DNA of 64,000 nucleotides, taken from NCBI RefSeq assembly GCF_964204645.1, contig NC_134036.1, forward strand, positions 4,866,600 to 4,930,599. The letters run 5' to 3'. The position numbers and the translations under genes were made by a program. Each line of letters opens with the position of its first letter. The first letter of the stretch is position 1. Positions 11,345-26,597 of the stretch are shown in pieces. The notes beneath the pieces were generated by a model. The model was not told the origin of the DNA. It saw nothing but the letters and a program-made list of their open reading frames with translations, and searched no databases. This DNA is from Tubulanus polymorphus (taxonomy: Eukaryota; Animalia; Nemertea).

Positions 11345-13024
11345 ATATTTTATACAGTCTAAACGCATTGATCAGGCAAATATTAGCGGGTTGTCCTATC
11401 TAAGCTCAAGAATTGTTATTTTTAATTGTACGTTCGAGTATTAAAGTTCACACATTTCACCCGAAATCATGCCCTCTCTGCAAGATGCGTCTGAAAACGA
11501 TAGACAATATTGGAATTTTAAACATGATTTTAAACCTGAGCAAACGAAGTTATCAGAATATTTCTGAAATTTAATCGGGTGTGGGTATTCACGATACGTG
11601 GAAACGATGCAACCCAAAATTGCTTTTGAATTGGATAAGAAATGTGGAGCGAATATCAAATTGCCCAAAATTACCGTGAGATGTTGAACCTGTTATTTTT
11701 TTATTTTTCCTGCCAATTCAAGTTCGTAAAACTAAAAAAATGAATCGACCTCGCAAATACTCAGCGCATCATCAGAGTTGTTAAAATTCTAAGCCGTCAC
11801 GTTTGAAACATTCAGCCAAATCTTTGTTTTATTTTCCTGATATACGATAGCGAATATTTCGTTTCCTCTTGATCTCAACCGAATGCGAAATTTCGTTTTA
11901 AGAAAAAAAATAATTCTTTTCACAATGCGCGGGGGAGTATAGAATAGATTTTTATATCGCAAACACTTTCGTTTGGGATTCCTCCACTTTGACCGTACGT
12001 ACGAGTAACGTTAAGATAATAAATAGGTCAAGAGATTTTAGGGTGTTTTTCAACCAGTGTTGTTTATAAGTAACGGTAAATTTCATTTTTATAGGAAATC
12101 GATTTTTGCCGAGACTCGAGCTACCCACTCGCCAGTCGTCAACCGGTGGATCTGTCTTTCAATTACGAATAAATGTTAATACAGCCTACAAAGTATTTTA
12201 CAGAACTGAATTGGATTGGAGAATGTTTACGCTGAAAGTTACCATTATTATGTGCTTTGGTCTAATGAAAAAACCAAACGAATTTGACATAACATTCAAC
12301 TATGATATATCCTATAGATTTCCAATTACAAACACGAACCCGCTGTTTTATTCCCGGTATGTTAGATTTGTTGGTTTTATAACACAATAATCAAATTAGC
12401 CTAATATTAAACTAACCGATCGAACGAATAAGAAGGCAATACATATTTCAAGATCGAAAACTTCAAAACGCGGTTCGCGATTTCGTGAAAACGGCGCCTT
12501 AGTAACGCGTAAAGTAACGCGCTACGACAGGTTTCAACACACGCCAATCGCCAGATTTCAAAACTGTCAAAATCCTGAAACCGTGCGATGTGTATAAACT
12601 GTCATATATATAAGATATTGAAAATGTCGGATTTTGTCGGACGGTCGAACGAAAATATATATTCGACTAGCTAATGAGATATTAATTTAAATAGAAAATA
12701 TTTAAACGAACGACACGAAATAATTTGGGTATTTTTATGTATAATTGGACATGGATATTAACAGCGCCTAAAGGAAAAGTGTAACTGAAAATTGCTGCAC
12801 AGATTGGTGGTAATTACTGGAAAACTCGTTCGAAAGAAATGTCAACGTTTAAAAATATATTTGTACCCTGAATTTGCTGATTGCAGCAAATGAATAGTAG
12901 GAAATCTAAAATGCTCCATCATTTATGGATAGAACATGTAGATAGAAAGTAATGTGAAAAGGCGATCAGTGATTGAAATAACAACTTTTGAATCTGGAAT
13001 GAATTCAAACGTTGTGTCGTGTTG

Positions 13025-16000
13025 ATGTTGTTCGGTATGGAGCAGCGACTGAGAGCGCTGTTTATAGCGTCGCTGATCGTCTGTCGAGTTCGCATCGCGC
13101 GCGCTGATCGCGCAGACTCTATCGAGGAATCGTTTGTGACGGTAAGTTCGTCTTGTAACAACACGTGGTACCCGCTAGATTCTACGTCCGGTTACATCGT
13201 TTCGCCGAATTACCCTTCGTTAACGCGCGGTGTTGAATGTCGTTGGTTCATCAACAGTTCTTTACCGGGAACTTTTCACGTCCAAGTTTACCACGATATC
13301 GAGCCGTCAATATTCTGTATTTATAACTACCTTCTCGTCCACGAGTCTGATAACAGATTCTGCGGCGATGGAAAACATGATATTCACCGAAACAATTCGA
13401 TCTCGTTGATGTTTATGAGTAACGTCGATGGTGCGCGAGGTAGTCGGGTTTATATCATATATCGTTATAAACGAAATCATTTGTCAATTAGTCACGATTG
13501 CCCAAAATATCTCCGATTGAACCAAATACAAACATCAATAGGATACAAATATCAGATAAGCTACTTACTAACGTGCAAATTGTTTTTGCAATGGATCGGG
13601 ATGCCAGATGATTTTGGCATGAACCTGACCTTAAGAAAACTAAGTTTGAAAGTAAGCCCAGGTGCTGATCCAGCGACGACTCTTAAAGTCTACGACGGAT
13701 GGAACACCAGCAGTGAACCTATAGGTCTCATACGAGAACAAACCGGGCATCCACCGTCATCATTTTATACTAAAACAAGCAAAGCCGTCATATCACTGCT
13801 ATATCCTCGACTGTTTTTTGAAACACAGCTTCTAATTCAAATATACAAAATATCGAATTGGAACGTCTCTAATCCGTTGATTCAGATCTCTAATAACGAG
13901 TCGGGAGTGCTTATTCCCGATGAAAACAGTTTACACGTAATAACTCGATCGAAACACTTACACTGCTGGTCTATCACAGTGCAGGTGTTACAGTACGTCG
14001 TCTTCAACTGGACACGTGATCTCGTCACAACCGGTGACGTCATAAGTGTATATAAACTAGAAGGGTTACGCGTTGTAGGAACTGATATTTTACTCGGTTA
14101 CAACTACCTAAAATCACTGAGTGTTAAATCTGACGGATTTCTCGTCATACTGTGCGTTCTGAAAGCAACCGTTCACGACAATGCGAGATTTGAAATAAAC
14201 TATAAAATTGAATCTATTTCGATAGGTGATATTAAGGTCAACAACCGTCAGGTGAGTAACAACTGTGAAATTATGTTACTCTGTGTCAGAAATTTAAGTC
14301 AACTAAATCTGTCTGATATACTTAATTTTGGCTAACCCTAGGTCACTGTGAACCGAATGCGGTTAATGACAACATACTCGCTGTTGCCAAAACGAAATAA
14401 AGCCTCGGTAAATTATCGCATCACTAGATACGAGTTTAATGGGAAAGTTGATATTTATGAAGAGAATATGGAACTAACAGTTTTATCAGAGAACTGCGAG
14501 CGAGCTGGATTTTACATATTCGACGGTGATAATTTCACGGCTAGACGATACGGTCCGTATTGTCCGAAGAAATTAACATACAACCGTAACGTCGTCAGTC
14601 TGATTACATCAGGTGGATCGGTTACTGTAGTAGGATACGCTTATAACTGGGAGGGTCAGTTAGCAGTTGATAAGGAATCATTTCTCAGATTTCGTCCTAC
14701 CGACTGTGACGGGTATGTTTTAAAGGAACGAGAACGTCAGATCAATATGACATCACACTGTCTCATGATTACACCCGAAAACCGACGCCTTCCTTTGAGA
14801 AATATTCATATATTATCAGAACACGAATATCAAATTGACCGATGTTTTCAGGAACATCTAATATTCAGGTCTTGTAGCATGTACCTGAAATTGAATAGTC
14901 AGTTTCTAAATAACAGTCTCGTAATAAACACTGTGACAATACAATTCACGAATCCGTTCTGGTTTAATTCTTTATTAATTAAACTACGACGTAAATGCCA
15001 ACGATCGAAGAAAGTGGAAGGGGGTATCGACCAGTCACCACGTAATGATAATTGCGGAATCATTCAGTCACCAAACTACCCGGGATCAGCAGGGCAAACC
15101 AGACAAGCATTTATATATAGTTTTCAAAGAAGGAACATTCAGCGAATTGTGTATTACAGATTTGTAATCAAATATACTGAAATGATACGATGTGAAAAAT
15201 CAAAATCGTCAGACAAGGACCCGATTGTAATACAACAATACATTAGAGATACAACAAGCGATCAAACACATCAACACGAAAATAGAATATGTGACAATAA
15301 CGCGATATCGAGACTTGTGTTTTATAGTTTAAGACATGAGAACGTTTGGTTTGAGGTGAAAAATTACATACCGACTTTTCAAATCCAATACACATTAGAA
15401 CAGTCGTTACCGGTAAAACAGTTTGAAAATGTTTGTAAATCGGGATTTTTACATTCGGGAATTTCATGCGTAAAATACATCAGAGATGAACGTCTGAATT
15501 GGGAGAATGCTGAATTGTATTGTAGACAGAAGTACGCGGGACATCTACTCAGTATCAACTCACAACCGGAAATGATTTCTATTAAAAGATTATTCGCTAC
15601 AAAGCTTCTTCTAAAGGCATATTCACAGAGAGCGCTCATAATGATGATTGGATTAAAACTGCAAGTAAGTCATAAAATAAGTCATATGAAACTTTGTATA
15701 TAAGAATTTGGGGTTATCTTTAATCACGTGTTTGCAACTTAATTTTCAGCAAGTTTCTGGTTATTACACGTGGACTGACGGGAAACCATTGAGCTACACA
15801 GAGTGGTATCAACCTACAAATAACGACACGATACCAGAAGTTATTCGAGGATTGATATCTCCTCTTAGAAAACAACCGATAAATGACGTCAATATGCCGT
15901 GTACGGCGATGATACTGAATAATCCACGAGGATCAGCGAACTGGGTTCGATTCCCCTGCGAAATCGAAGAGGTCCACACGAGTTTCATTTGCGAAACTGA

Positions 16001-18986
16001 AAGATTTACCATCGAAAATAGAACAGCATCAATGTGGAATGTAACCAAAAACGACACATTTCTATTTCAAAATGCTGATTTCAACGATTCGAACTGTACG
16101 ATTGGTTGGGTAAACATAGGTAAACAATGCTATCAAATACTGACAGATTGGAACAGATATCGAGGTCTTGACTCAAAAACTGCTACAGAGATGTGTCATA
16201 GCATCGGATCTGATATGGGCAAAATAGTCCGTAACACAGAAAATGACATCTTAAATTTGATAAAATCATTTCAATATCAACATCAATATAGCTCTATTCT
16301 AACGATGACTTCCAATGACCGACTGCAAGTTATAAACCCAATAATCACCAGAGATGAAATTACTTATATTCAATCAGTTAAATGGACGACGAAACAGTTT
16401 GATAATGCAACAGATACAGCGAATTCTGTTTTGTGTTCTTACAATGTAACTGACGAAGAGTTAACTTCTATAAGCGGTTGTAAATCGTGGCAGTTTAAAT
16501 GTAACGATCTAAGATGTATCAGCGACCATCGCGTGTGTGATACCAGACACGACTGTCGACACGGCGAAGACGAACTAATTTGTTCGCATATCAATTTACA
16601 CAGTCAGTTTCAATGCGATGATGGTCAGGTGATATCAATAAGTGGATTCTGTGACTTCATACAGGATTGTCGGGATGGTTCGGATGAGGAATCTTGTATT
16701 CATCCCCCGTGTTTGTCAGAACAATTTCGCTGCACAAGTGGTCAATGTATCAGTAGGTCAAGTAGATGTGATGGAGTCACATATTGTAAAGACGGATCAG
16801 ATGAAATGGGATGCACGACTGAAATATGTCAGGGGTTCCTGTGTAACAGTGGAGACTGTATCAGTTCTCAGTTGTATCAGGATGGTGTCGTGGATTGTAG
16901 TGGAAGCCTCGAAGAAGATGAATTAGTAACAACTACTAATGTTACAGTGAATCCTACTGTTCAGTGCAATAATGAAAACTACTGCACAACTAACTTCACA
17001 AATCTCTGTACGGAATCAGATGAACAAAGATGTTCTTTCAATTCTCCTCATTGTTATTCAAGACGTCACGGATGTATTCTAGAAAGAATGACAAATGGCT
17101 TCCCAGTTTGTAGAAATCTTGAGCACGTATTGAGATGTGAAGAATTTGAATGTCCAGCTGGTACTGTAAAATGTCCAGCATCGTACTGTATACCGATCAG
17201 ACAGGTGTGCGATGGTCAATCAGATTGTCCTAATTCAGAAGATGAACAAAACTGCGAAACATTTTCGTGTCCAGGAATGTTTAAATGTGGTCAGGAAAAT
17301 CGATGTATTCCACAATCTGAAGTTTGTGACGGTTTCGTCAATTGTAAACATACAACTGATGACGAGGCTTTCTGTAATGTCACGTGTCCGATGGGCTGTA
17401 GATGTCAAGGTCATTTGATTGATTGTGCCAATGCTGGTTTAAAAGATGTCTCTGGTCTTTTCTCGACATCAAGTCGAGTTTTAATTCTGTCAAATAACAG
17501 AATCATTCTGAGCGAGTCGACGTTTGCTTCATTCGTTTATCTTCGAATGCTTAACATCTCTTCCAATGAATTGTCTTATATTTTACCGAACTCGTTTACA
17601 AACCTGCATAATCTACATACATTAGATCTTACATACAACAACTTAACATCATTATCTACAAACACATTCATCGGGTTGTATAATTTAAAAGAGTTATTGA
17701 TCACTGAAAATCCTATACGCCATTTAGACGACAATACCTTTCAAGATTTAATGTCATTACAATTTCTGGACCTTCGAAGGCTTTCGGTTTTGCTGCTTGG
17801 TAGAGATGTATTTAGAGGTTTATCTGCATTACAGTCGTTGAATATCAGCAGCAACAGAATCTATCATATTTCACGATATGCTTTTTCAGGATTAAATGAA
17901 CTTAGAATTCTCGATATTACCAACAACTCTAAATTTATTTTGACAGAAAGAGGCGTTTTCGATAATCTAACATCATTAGTCTCGTTAACGTCTGATGCTT
18001 ACAAATTTTGCTGCATGGCTCCGAATGTTGACCAGTGCCTTCCCGAAGCTGATGAATTTTCCTCCTGTTCTGATCTGATGGGTAACACAGTCCTCAGAGC
18101 TATCATCTGGGTCATCGCTTCATTCAGTTTCTTCGCGAACAGTATCGTCATTTTATTTCGTCTTCGATCAATTCGACTTTCATCCTCCGAAAAACGTAAC
18201 ACATCTTCCGACATCTTAATTATCAATATCGCAGCTTGTGATGTTCTCATGTCGATTTATTTGTTTTCGATTGCGGGTGCAGATTATATTTATAAAGGAG
18301 ATTATTTCCTAAATTCTGAAACTTGGACGGATAGTTCATTGTGTAGTTTCGCCGGAGTCACGGTGACTATTTCTTGTGAAGGCTCATTGACGTTTCTATT
18401 TATTCTAACACGGCATAGATTCTCGAATATCGTTAACCCATTTTCTGGAAGCCCGATTACATCACCGAGATATGTGTCGATTATTTGTGGCATGTGTTGG
18501 GTTATTATAAGTACAATCTCTATAATACCGCTGTCACAATTATCTTATTTCGGTATTAAATTCTACGGTACCACTGGAGTTTGTTTACCTATAAATTTAA
18601 TATCAATTGATGTCCACGCCTGGCAATATTCATTCGCTATTTTTGGGGTATTCAACTCGTTCATACTCGCTACGATAATAACGACTTATGCGCAAATGTA
18701 CAGACTCGTATCTGGAAGCAGGTCTGGTTCGGGTAGAATTGATCCTACCGAACTAGTTTTAGCACGTAGAAGTTTAGTGATAAATCTTTGTAATTTATTT
18801 TGCTGGCTGCCGTTAATTATCGTTCAGTTTTGCGCGGTATTTCGGGTAGAAATACCGAATCAGGTGGCGGCTTGGCTGGCGGTTCTTTTCTTACCGATCA
18901 ACTCGTCCCTAAATCCCCTTCTTTACACAATACTGACTATCGATATGAAATCCATACGAGCAAAAACAAAACGCTTTCGGCAATAA
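13025..18986 (+). CDS. Copy 3: CUB/C-type lectin/LDLa/LRR GPCR, GRL101-like, ~1928 aa
   Basis: Exons 13025-14251, 14342-15664, 15750-18986; GT-AG phase-0 introns 14252-14341 (90 bp) and 15665-15749 (85 bp); reading frame intact. Confidence 0.9.
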
Positions 18987-20044
18987 ATGTTTCAAACAGT
19001 CTTAACGCATTGATCCGGCAAATATTATCGGGTTGTCCTATCTAAGCTCAAGAGTTGTTATTTTTAATTGTACGTTCGAGTATCAAAGTTCACACATTTC
19101 ACCCGAAATCATGCCCTCTCTGCAAGATGCGTCCGAAAACTATAGACAATATTGAAATTTTAAACATGATATTAAACCTGAGCGAACGAAGTTATCAGAA
19201 TATTTCTGAAATATAATCGGGCGTGGGTATTAACGACACGTGGAAACGATGGAACCGAAAATTACTTTTGAATTGGATGAGAAATGTCGTGCGAATATAA
19301 AATTGTCCAAAATTACCGTGAAATGTTGAACCTGTTATTTTTTATTTTTCCTGCCAATTCAAGTTCGTAAAAAAAATGGACCTCGCAAATACTCAGCGCA
19401 TCATCAGAGTTGTTAAAATTCTAAGCCGTCACGTTTGAAACATTCAGCCAAATCTTTGTTTTATTTTCCTTATATAAGATAGCGAATATTACGTTTCCTC
19501 TTAATCTCAATCGAATGCGAAATTTCGTTTTAAGAAAGAAAAAAATTCTTTTCACAATGCGCGGGGACGTATAGAATAGATTTCTATATCGCAAACAATT
19601 TCGTCTTGGATTCATCACTTTGACCGTACGTACGAGTAACGTTAACATAATAAAGAGGTCAAGAGATTTTTGGGCCTTTTTCAATCGATTTTTGCCGAGA
19701 CTCGAGCTACCCACACGCCAGTCATCAACTGGTGGATCTGTCTTCCAAAAATGAATAAATGTAAATACAGCCTACAAAGTAGTCTACAGAACTGAATTGG
19801 ATTGGAGAATGTTTAAGTAGAAAGTTACCAATTATGTTTTTGGTCTAAAGAAAAACCCAGACGAATTTGACACAACATCCAACTATGATATATCCTATCG
19901 ATTTCCAATGACAAACACGAACCCGCTGTTTTATTCTCGGTATGTTTGATTTCTTGGTTTTATAACTCATTAATCTAATTAACATTAAACTAACCGATTG
20001 AACGAGTAAGAAGGGCAATACATATTTCAAGATCGAAAACTAAA

Positions 20045-20180
20045 AAACGCGGTTCGCGAATTCGCGAAAACGGCGCCTTACTAACGCGTAAAGTAACGCG
20101 CTGCGACTGGATTGAACACACGCCAGTCGCCGATTTTCAAAACGGTTAGAATCCTGAAACCGTGCGATGCGTATGAACTG
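20045..20180 (+). promoter_or_regulatory. CpG-rich candidate promoter block (TCGCGA palindromes, TAACGCG direct repeat) about 430-550 bp upstream of the ATG, present in every spacer
   Basis: Perfect palindrome TTCGCGAATTCGCGAA at 20053-20068 and 27667-27682; TAACGCGTAAAGTAACGCG conserved in all spacers; GTATAAACTG TATA-like motif downstream in most copies (for example 4922-4927). Confidence 0.35.
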
Positions 20181-20602
20181 CGATTCCAATAATATTCATA
20201 AAGTCGAATTTTGTCGGACGGTCGAGCGAAAATATATATTCGACTAGCTAATGAAATATTAATTTAAAAATAAAATAGGTAAACGAACGACACGAAATAA
20301 TTGGGATATTTTTATGTATAATTGGACATGAATATTTTCCGCGCCTAAAGGAAACGTGAAACGTGAAAATTGCTGCACAGATTGATGGTAATTACTGGAG
20401 AACTCGTTCGAAAGAAATGTCAACGTTTGAAAATATGTTTTTATCCTGTATTTGATGATTGCAACAAATGATAAGTTAGAAATCTAAAATGCTCCATCAT
20501 TTATGGAGAAAATTTGAAGATAGAAAGTAATGTGAAAAGGCGATCAGTGATTGAAATAACAACTTTTGAATCAGGAATGAATTCCAACGTTGTGTCGTGT
20601 TG

Positions 20603-23600
20603 ATGTTGTTCGGTATGGAGCAGCGACTGAGAGCGCTGTTTACGGCGTCGCTGATCGTCTGTCAAGTTCGCATCGCGCGCGCTGATCGCGCAGACTCTAT
20701 CGGGGAATCGTCTGTGACGGTAAGTTCGTCTTGTAACAACACGTGGTACCCGCTAGATTCTACGTCCGGTTACATCGTTTCACCGAATTACCCTTCGTTA
20801 ACGCGCGGCGTTGAATGTCGTTGGTTCATCAACAGTTCTTTTACGGGGACTTTTCACGTCCAAGTTTACTACGATATTGGGCTTTCAATATTCTGTAGTG
20901 ATAACTACCTTCTCGTTTACGAGTCTGAAAAGAGATTGTGCGGTGTTGGAAAACATGAAATCCGCCGTAACGATTCGATCTCGTTGATGTTTATGAGTAA
21001 CGTCGATGGTGCGCGAGGTAGTCGGGTTTATGTCATATATAGTTATGAACGAAGCCGATTGAAAATCAGTCACGACTGTTTAAGACACAATATAAGATTG
21101 GGGAGGCTAAAAGCTGAGCAGGGTTACAAATACACCGTAGGAAAAATAAAGAATTGCCAGTTATTTGTTGAATGGAGCGGCATGCCGCGAGGTTATGCGT
21201 TGAATCTAACATTTATTGATACAACTTTTAGATTCTATTATGGTAGGAAATCATTGTCGGTAACCATGAAAATACACGACGGTTGGAACACCAGCAATGA
21301 ACCTTTAGCGCATATACCACACCAATCCGGACATCAAGCATCATCATTTTATACAAAAACAAACAAAGCTGTTTTGGTGTCACTGCTGACACATCTACAG
21401 TCATTGCTTTTAGTACAGACGTATAGAATATCAGATTGGAACGTCTCTAATCCGTTGATTCAGATCTCTAATAACGAGTCGGGAGTGCTCATTCCCGATG
21501 ACAACAGTTTACACGTAATATTCCGATCAAAAAACTTACACTGTTGGTCTATCACAGTGCAGGTGTTACAATACGTCTTCTTCAACTGGACACGCGAACT
21601 CGTCATATCCGGTGACGTCATCGGTGTATATAAACTAGAAGGGTTACACGTTGTAGGAACTGATATTTTACTCGGTTATAACTACCTAGAATCACTGAGT
21701 GTTAAATCTGACGGTTTCCTCGTGATAATGTGCGTTTTGAAAGCAACAGTCCACGAAAATGTGAGATTTGAAATAAACTATAGAATGGAATCTCTTTCGA
21801 TATATGATATAAAGGTCATAAACCAGGTAAATATCACCTGTGAAATTTTGTTATCCCGTATCGATACGACTTGAAATCATTTAAGATAAAAACTGTCTGA
21901 TATGCTTGTAATATTTGCCAACTCTAGGTACCGGTGAACCGAATGTGGTTTATGACGCAAGACTCGCTGTTTCCAAAACGAAATAAAGTCTCGGTGAATT
22001 ATCGCGTCACTACATACGAGTTCAAATGGAAAGTTGATATCTATGAAGAGAATATGGAACTAACAGTTTTATCAGAGAACTGCGAGCGAGCTGGATTTTA
22101 CATATTCGACGGTGGTAATTTCACGGCTAGACGATACGGTCCGTATTGTCCTCGTTTATTCACCCCGTACGACCGTAACGTCGTCAGTCTGATTACATCA
22201 GGTGGATCGGTTACTGTAGTAGGATACGCTTATAACTGGGATGATCAGTTAACAGTCGGTAAGATATCATATCTCAGATTTCGTCCTACCGACTGCAACG
22301 GGTATGTTTTAAAGGATGGAGAACATCGGATCAATATGACGTCACACTGTCTCGTGATAACACCGGAAAATCGACGCCTTCCTTTGAGAAATATTTATAT
22401 ATTATCAGAACACGAATATCAAATTGACCGATGTTTTCAGGATCATCTATCATTCGGTTCTTGTAGCAGGTATCTGAGATTGAGTAGTCAGGTTCTTAAT
22501 AACGGTCTCGTATTAAACACTGTGAAAACACGTGTGGCGAATGTATTCTGGTTGTATTCATTATTAGTTAAACTACGGCGTAAATGTCAACGATCGAAGA
22601 TAGTGGCAGGCGTTATTGGCCAGACACCATTGAATGATAATTGCGGAATCATTCAATCACCAAACTACCCGGGATCAGCGGGGCAAACCAGAGAAGCATT
22701 ACTATATAGTTTTCCAAGTAGGAACATTCAGCGAATTCTGTACTACAGATTTGTAATCAAATATACTGATATGATACAATGTGAGAAAACGAATCCGTGG
22801 GACAAGGACCCGATTGTAATAAACCATTCCATTATTGATAGAACTAGCGGTCAAACACATCAACACGAAAATATAATATGCGACAATAACGCGATACCGG
22901 GACTTGTGTTTTATAGTTTAAGACATGAGAACCTGTGGTTTGAGGTGAAAAATCACATACCTTCTTTTCAAATACAATACATATTAGAACAGCCGTTACT
23001 GATAAAACAGTTTGAAAATGTCTGTAAATCGGGATTTCTAGATTCGGGAATTTCATGCGTAAAATACATCAGAGATGAACGTCTAAATTGGGAGAATGCT
23101 GAATTGTATTGTAGACAGAAGTACGCGGGACATCTACTCAGTATCAACTCACAACAGGAGATGATTTCTATCAAACGATTATTCGCAACAGAACTTCTTC
23201 TAAAGGCATATTCACAGAAAGCGCTCTTAATGATGATTGGATTAAAAATGAAGGTAAAATTCTTAATTTCTAAAACTATCTCGTTAAAAGAAATTTATAT
23301 ACCATCATGATGTTTTAATCATGAATTTGCCACTTAAACTTTTAGTCTACTTCTGGTTCTTACACATGGACTGATGGGAAACCATTGAGCTACACGGAGT
23401 GGTATCAACCTACAAATAACGACACGATACCAGAAGTTATTCGAGGATTGATATCACCTCTAAGAAAACAACCGATAAATGACGTCAATATGCCGTGTAC
23501 GGCGATGATACTGAATAATCCACGAGGATCAGCGAACTGGGTTCGATTCCCATGTGAAATCGAAGAGGTCCACACGAGTTTCATTTGCGAAACTGAAAGA

Positions 23601-26597
23601 ATTGATATCGAAAAAAGAACAGCATTAATGTTGAACATAACCAAAAACGACACATTTCTAATACGGGAAAATCCATTTCAAAATATTGATTTCAATGACT
23701 CGAGCTGTACGTTTGGTTTGGTAAGAATAGACAGACAATGCTATCAAATGTTGACAGACTGGAACACACATCGAGGTCTTGATATAAAAAGTGCGACAGA
23801 GATGTGTAATGGCGTCCGGGCCGAAGTAGGTAGTACAAACAGTAATACTGAAAAAGATATCTTAAATTTGATAACAACATTTCAATATCAACATCAATAT
23901 AGCTCTGTACTAACGATGACTTCTTATGACACACTGCAAGTTATAAACCCAATAATAACCAGAGATGAAATTACTTATATTCAATCACTAAAATGGACGA
24001 TGAAACAGTTTGATAACGCGACAGAAATAGCGCATTCTGTTTTGTGTTCATACAATGTAACTGATGAAGAGTTAGCTTCTATAAGCGGTTGTAAATCGTG
24101 GCAGTTTGAATGTAACGATCAAAGATGTATCAGCGACCATCGCGTATGTGATACCAGACACGACTGTCGACACGGCGAAGATGAACTGAGTTGTTCGCAT
24201 ATCAATTTACACAGTCAGTTTCAATGCGATGATGGTCAGGTTATATCAATAAGTGGTTTCTGTGATTTCATACAGGATTGTGTGGATGGTTCTGATGAGG
24301 AATCTTGTTTTCATCCCCCGTGTTTGTCTGAACAATTTCGCTGCAAAAGTGGTCAATGTTTCAGTAGGTCAAACAGATGTGATGGAGTCACTGATTGTAA
24401 AGACGGATCAGATGAAATGGGATGCACTACTAAAATATGTCAGGGGTTCCTGTGTAACAGTGGAGACTGTATTAGTTCTCAGTTGTATCAGGATGGAGTC
24501 GTGGATTGTAGTGGAAGCGTCGAAGAAGATGAATTAGTAACGGCGACTAATGTTACAGTGAATCCTACTGTTCAATGCAATAATGAAAACTACTGCACAA
24601 CTAACTTCACAAATCTCTGTACGGAATCAGATGAACAAAGGTGTTCTTTCAATTCTCCTCATTGTTATTCAAGACGTCACAGATGTATTCTAGAAAGAAT
24701 GACGAATGGCTTCCCAGTTTGTCGAAATCTTGAGCACGTTTTGAGATGTGAAGAATTTGAATGTCCAGCTGGTACTGTAAAATGTCCAGCATCGTACTGT
24801 ATACCGATCAGACAGGTTTGCGATGGTCAATCAGATTGTCCTAATTCAGAAGATGAAGAAAACTGCGAAACATTTTCGTGTCCAGGAATGTTTAAATGTG
24901 GTCAGGAAAATCGGTGTATTCCACAATCTGAAGTTTGTGACGGTTTCGTCAATTGCAAACATACAACTGATGACGAGGCTTTCTGTAATGTCAAGTGTCC
25001 GATGGGCTGTAGATGTCAAGGTCATTTGATTGATTGTGCCAATGCTGGTTTAAAAGATGTCACTGGTTTTTTCTCGACATCAAGTCGAGTTTTAATTCTG
25101 TCGAATAACAGAATTATTCTGAGCGAGTCGACGTTTTCATTATTCGTTTATCTTCGAATGCTCAACATCTCTTCCAATGAATTGTCTTATATTTTACCGA
25201 ACTCGTTCACAAACCTGCATAATTTACATACATTAGATCTTACGTACAACAACATAACATCATTATCCACAAACACATTCATCGGGTTGTATAATTTAAA
25301 AGAGTTATTGATAACTGAAAATCCTATACGCCATTTAGACGACAATACCTTCCAAGATTTAATGTCATTACAAATTCTAAACCTTCAAGGCCTTTCAGTT
25401 TTGCTGATTGGCAGAGATGTATTTAGAGGTTTATCTGCATTACAGTCGTTGGATATTAGCAGTAACAGAATCCATCATATTTCACGATATGCTTTTTCAG
25501 GATTAAATGAACTTAGAATTCTCGATTTCACCAACAACTCTAAATTTATTTTGACTGAGACAGGCGTTTTCGATAATCTAACATCATTAGTCTCGTTAAC
25601 GTCTGATGCTTACAAATTTTGTTGCATGGCTCCGAATGTTGACCAGTGTCTTCCTGAAGCTGATGAATTTTCCTCCTGTTCTGATCTGATGGGTAACACA
25701 ATCCTCAGAGCTATCATCTGGATCATCGCTTCATTTAGTTTCTTCGCGAACAGTATCGTCATTTTATTTCGTCTTCGATCAATTAGACTTTCATCCTCCG
25801 AAAAGCGCAACACATCCTCTGACATCCTCATTATCAATATCGCAGCTTGTGATTTTCTGATGTCGATTTATTTGTTTTCGATCGCGGGTGCAGATTATAT
25901 TTATAAAGGAAATTATTTCCTAAACTCTGAAACTTGGACGGATAGTTCATTGTGTAGTTTCGCCGGAGTCACAGTGACTATTTCTTGTGAAGGCTCATTG
26001 ACGTTTCTATTCATTCTAACACGTCATAGATTCTCGAATATCGTTAACCCATTTTCTGGAAGCCCGATTAGATCACCGAGATATGTGTCCATTATTTGTG
26101 GCGTGTGTTGGGTTACTATAAGTACAATCTCTATAATACCGCTGTCACAATTATCTTATTTCGGTATTAAATTCTACGGTACTACTGGAGTTTGTTTACC
26201 TATGAATTTAATATCAATTGATGTCAACGCCTGGCAATATTCATTCGCTATTTTTGCGGTATTCAACTCATTCATACTCGCTACGATAATGGCGACTTAT
26301 GCACAAATGTACAGACTCGTATCTGGAAGCAGGACAGGTTCGGGTAGAATCGATCCTACGGAACTGGTTTTAGCACGAAGAAGTTTGGTGATAAATCTTT
26401 GTAATTTATTTTGCTGGCTGCCGTTAATTATCGTTCAGTTTTGCGCGGTATTACGGGTAGAAATACCGAATCAGGTGGCGGCTTGGCTGGCGGTTCTTTT
26501 CTTACCGATCAACTCGTCCCTCAATCCCCTTCTTTACACAATACTGACTATCGATATGAAATCAATACGAGCAAAAACTAAACGCTTTCGGCAATAA
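20603..26597 (+). CDS. Copy 4: CUB/C-type lectin/LDLa/LRR GPCR, GRL101-like, ~1933 aa
   Basis: Exons 20603-21826, 21928-23253, 23346-26597; introns 21827-21927 (101 bp) and 23254-23345 (92 bp), GT-AG, phase 0. Confidence 0.9.
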
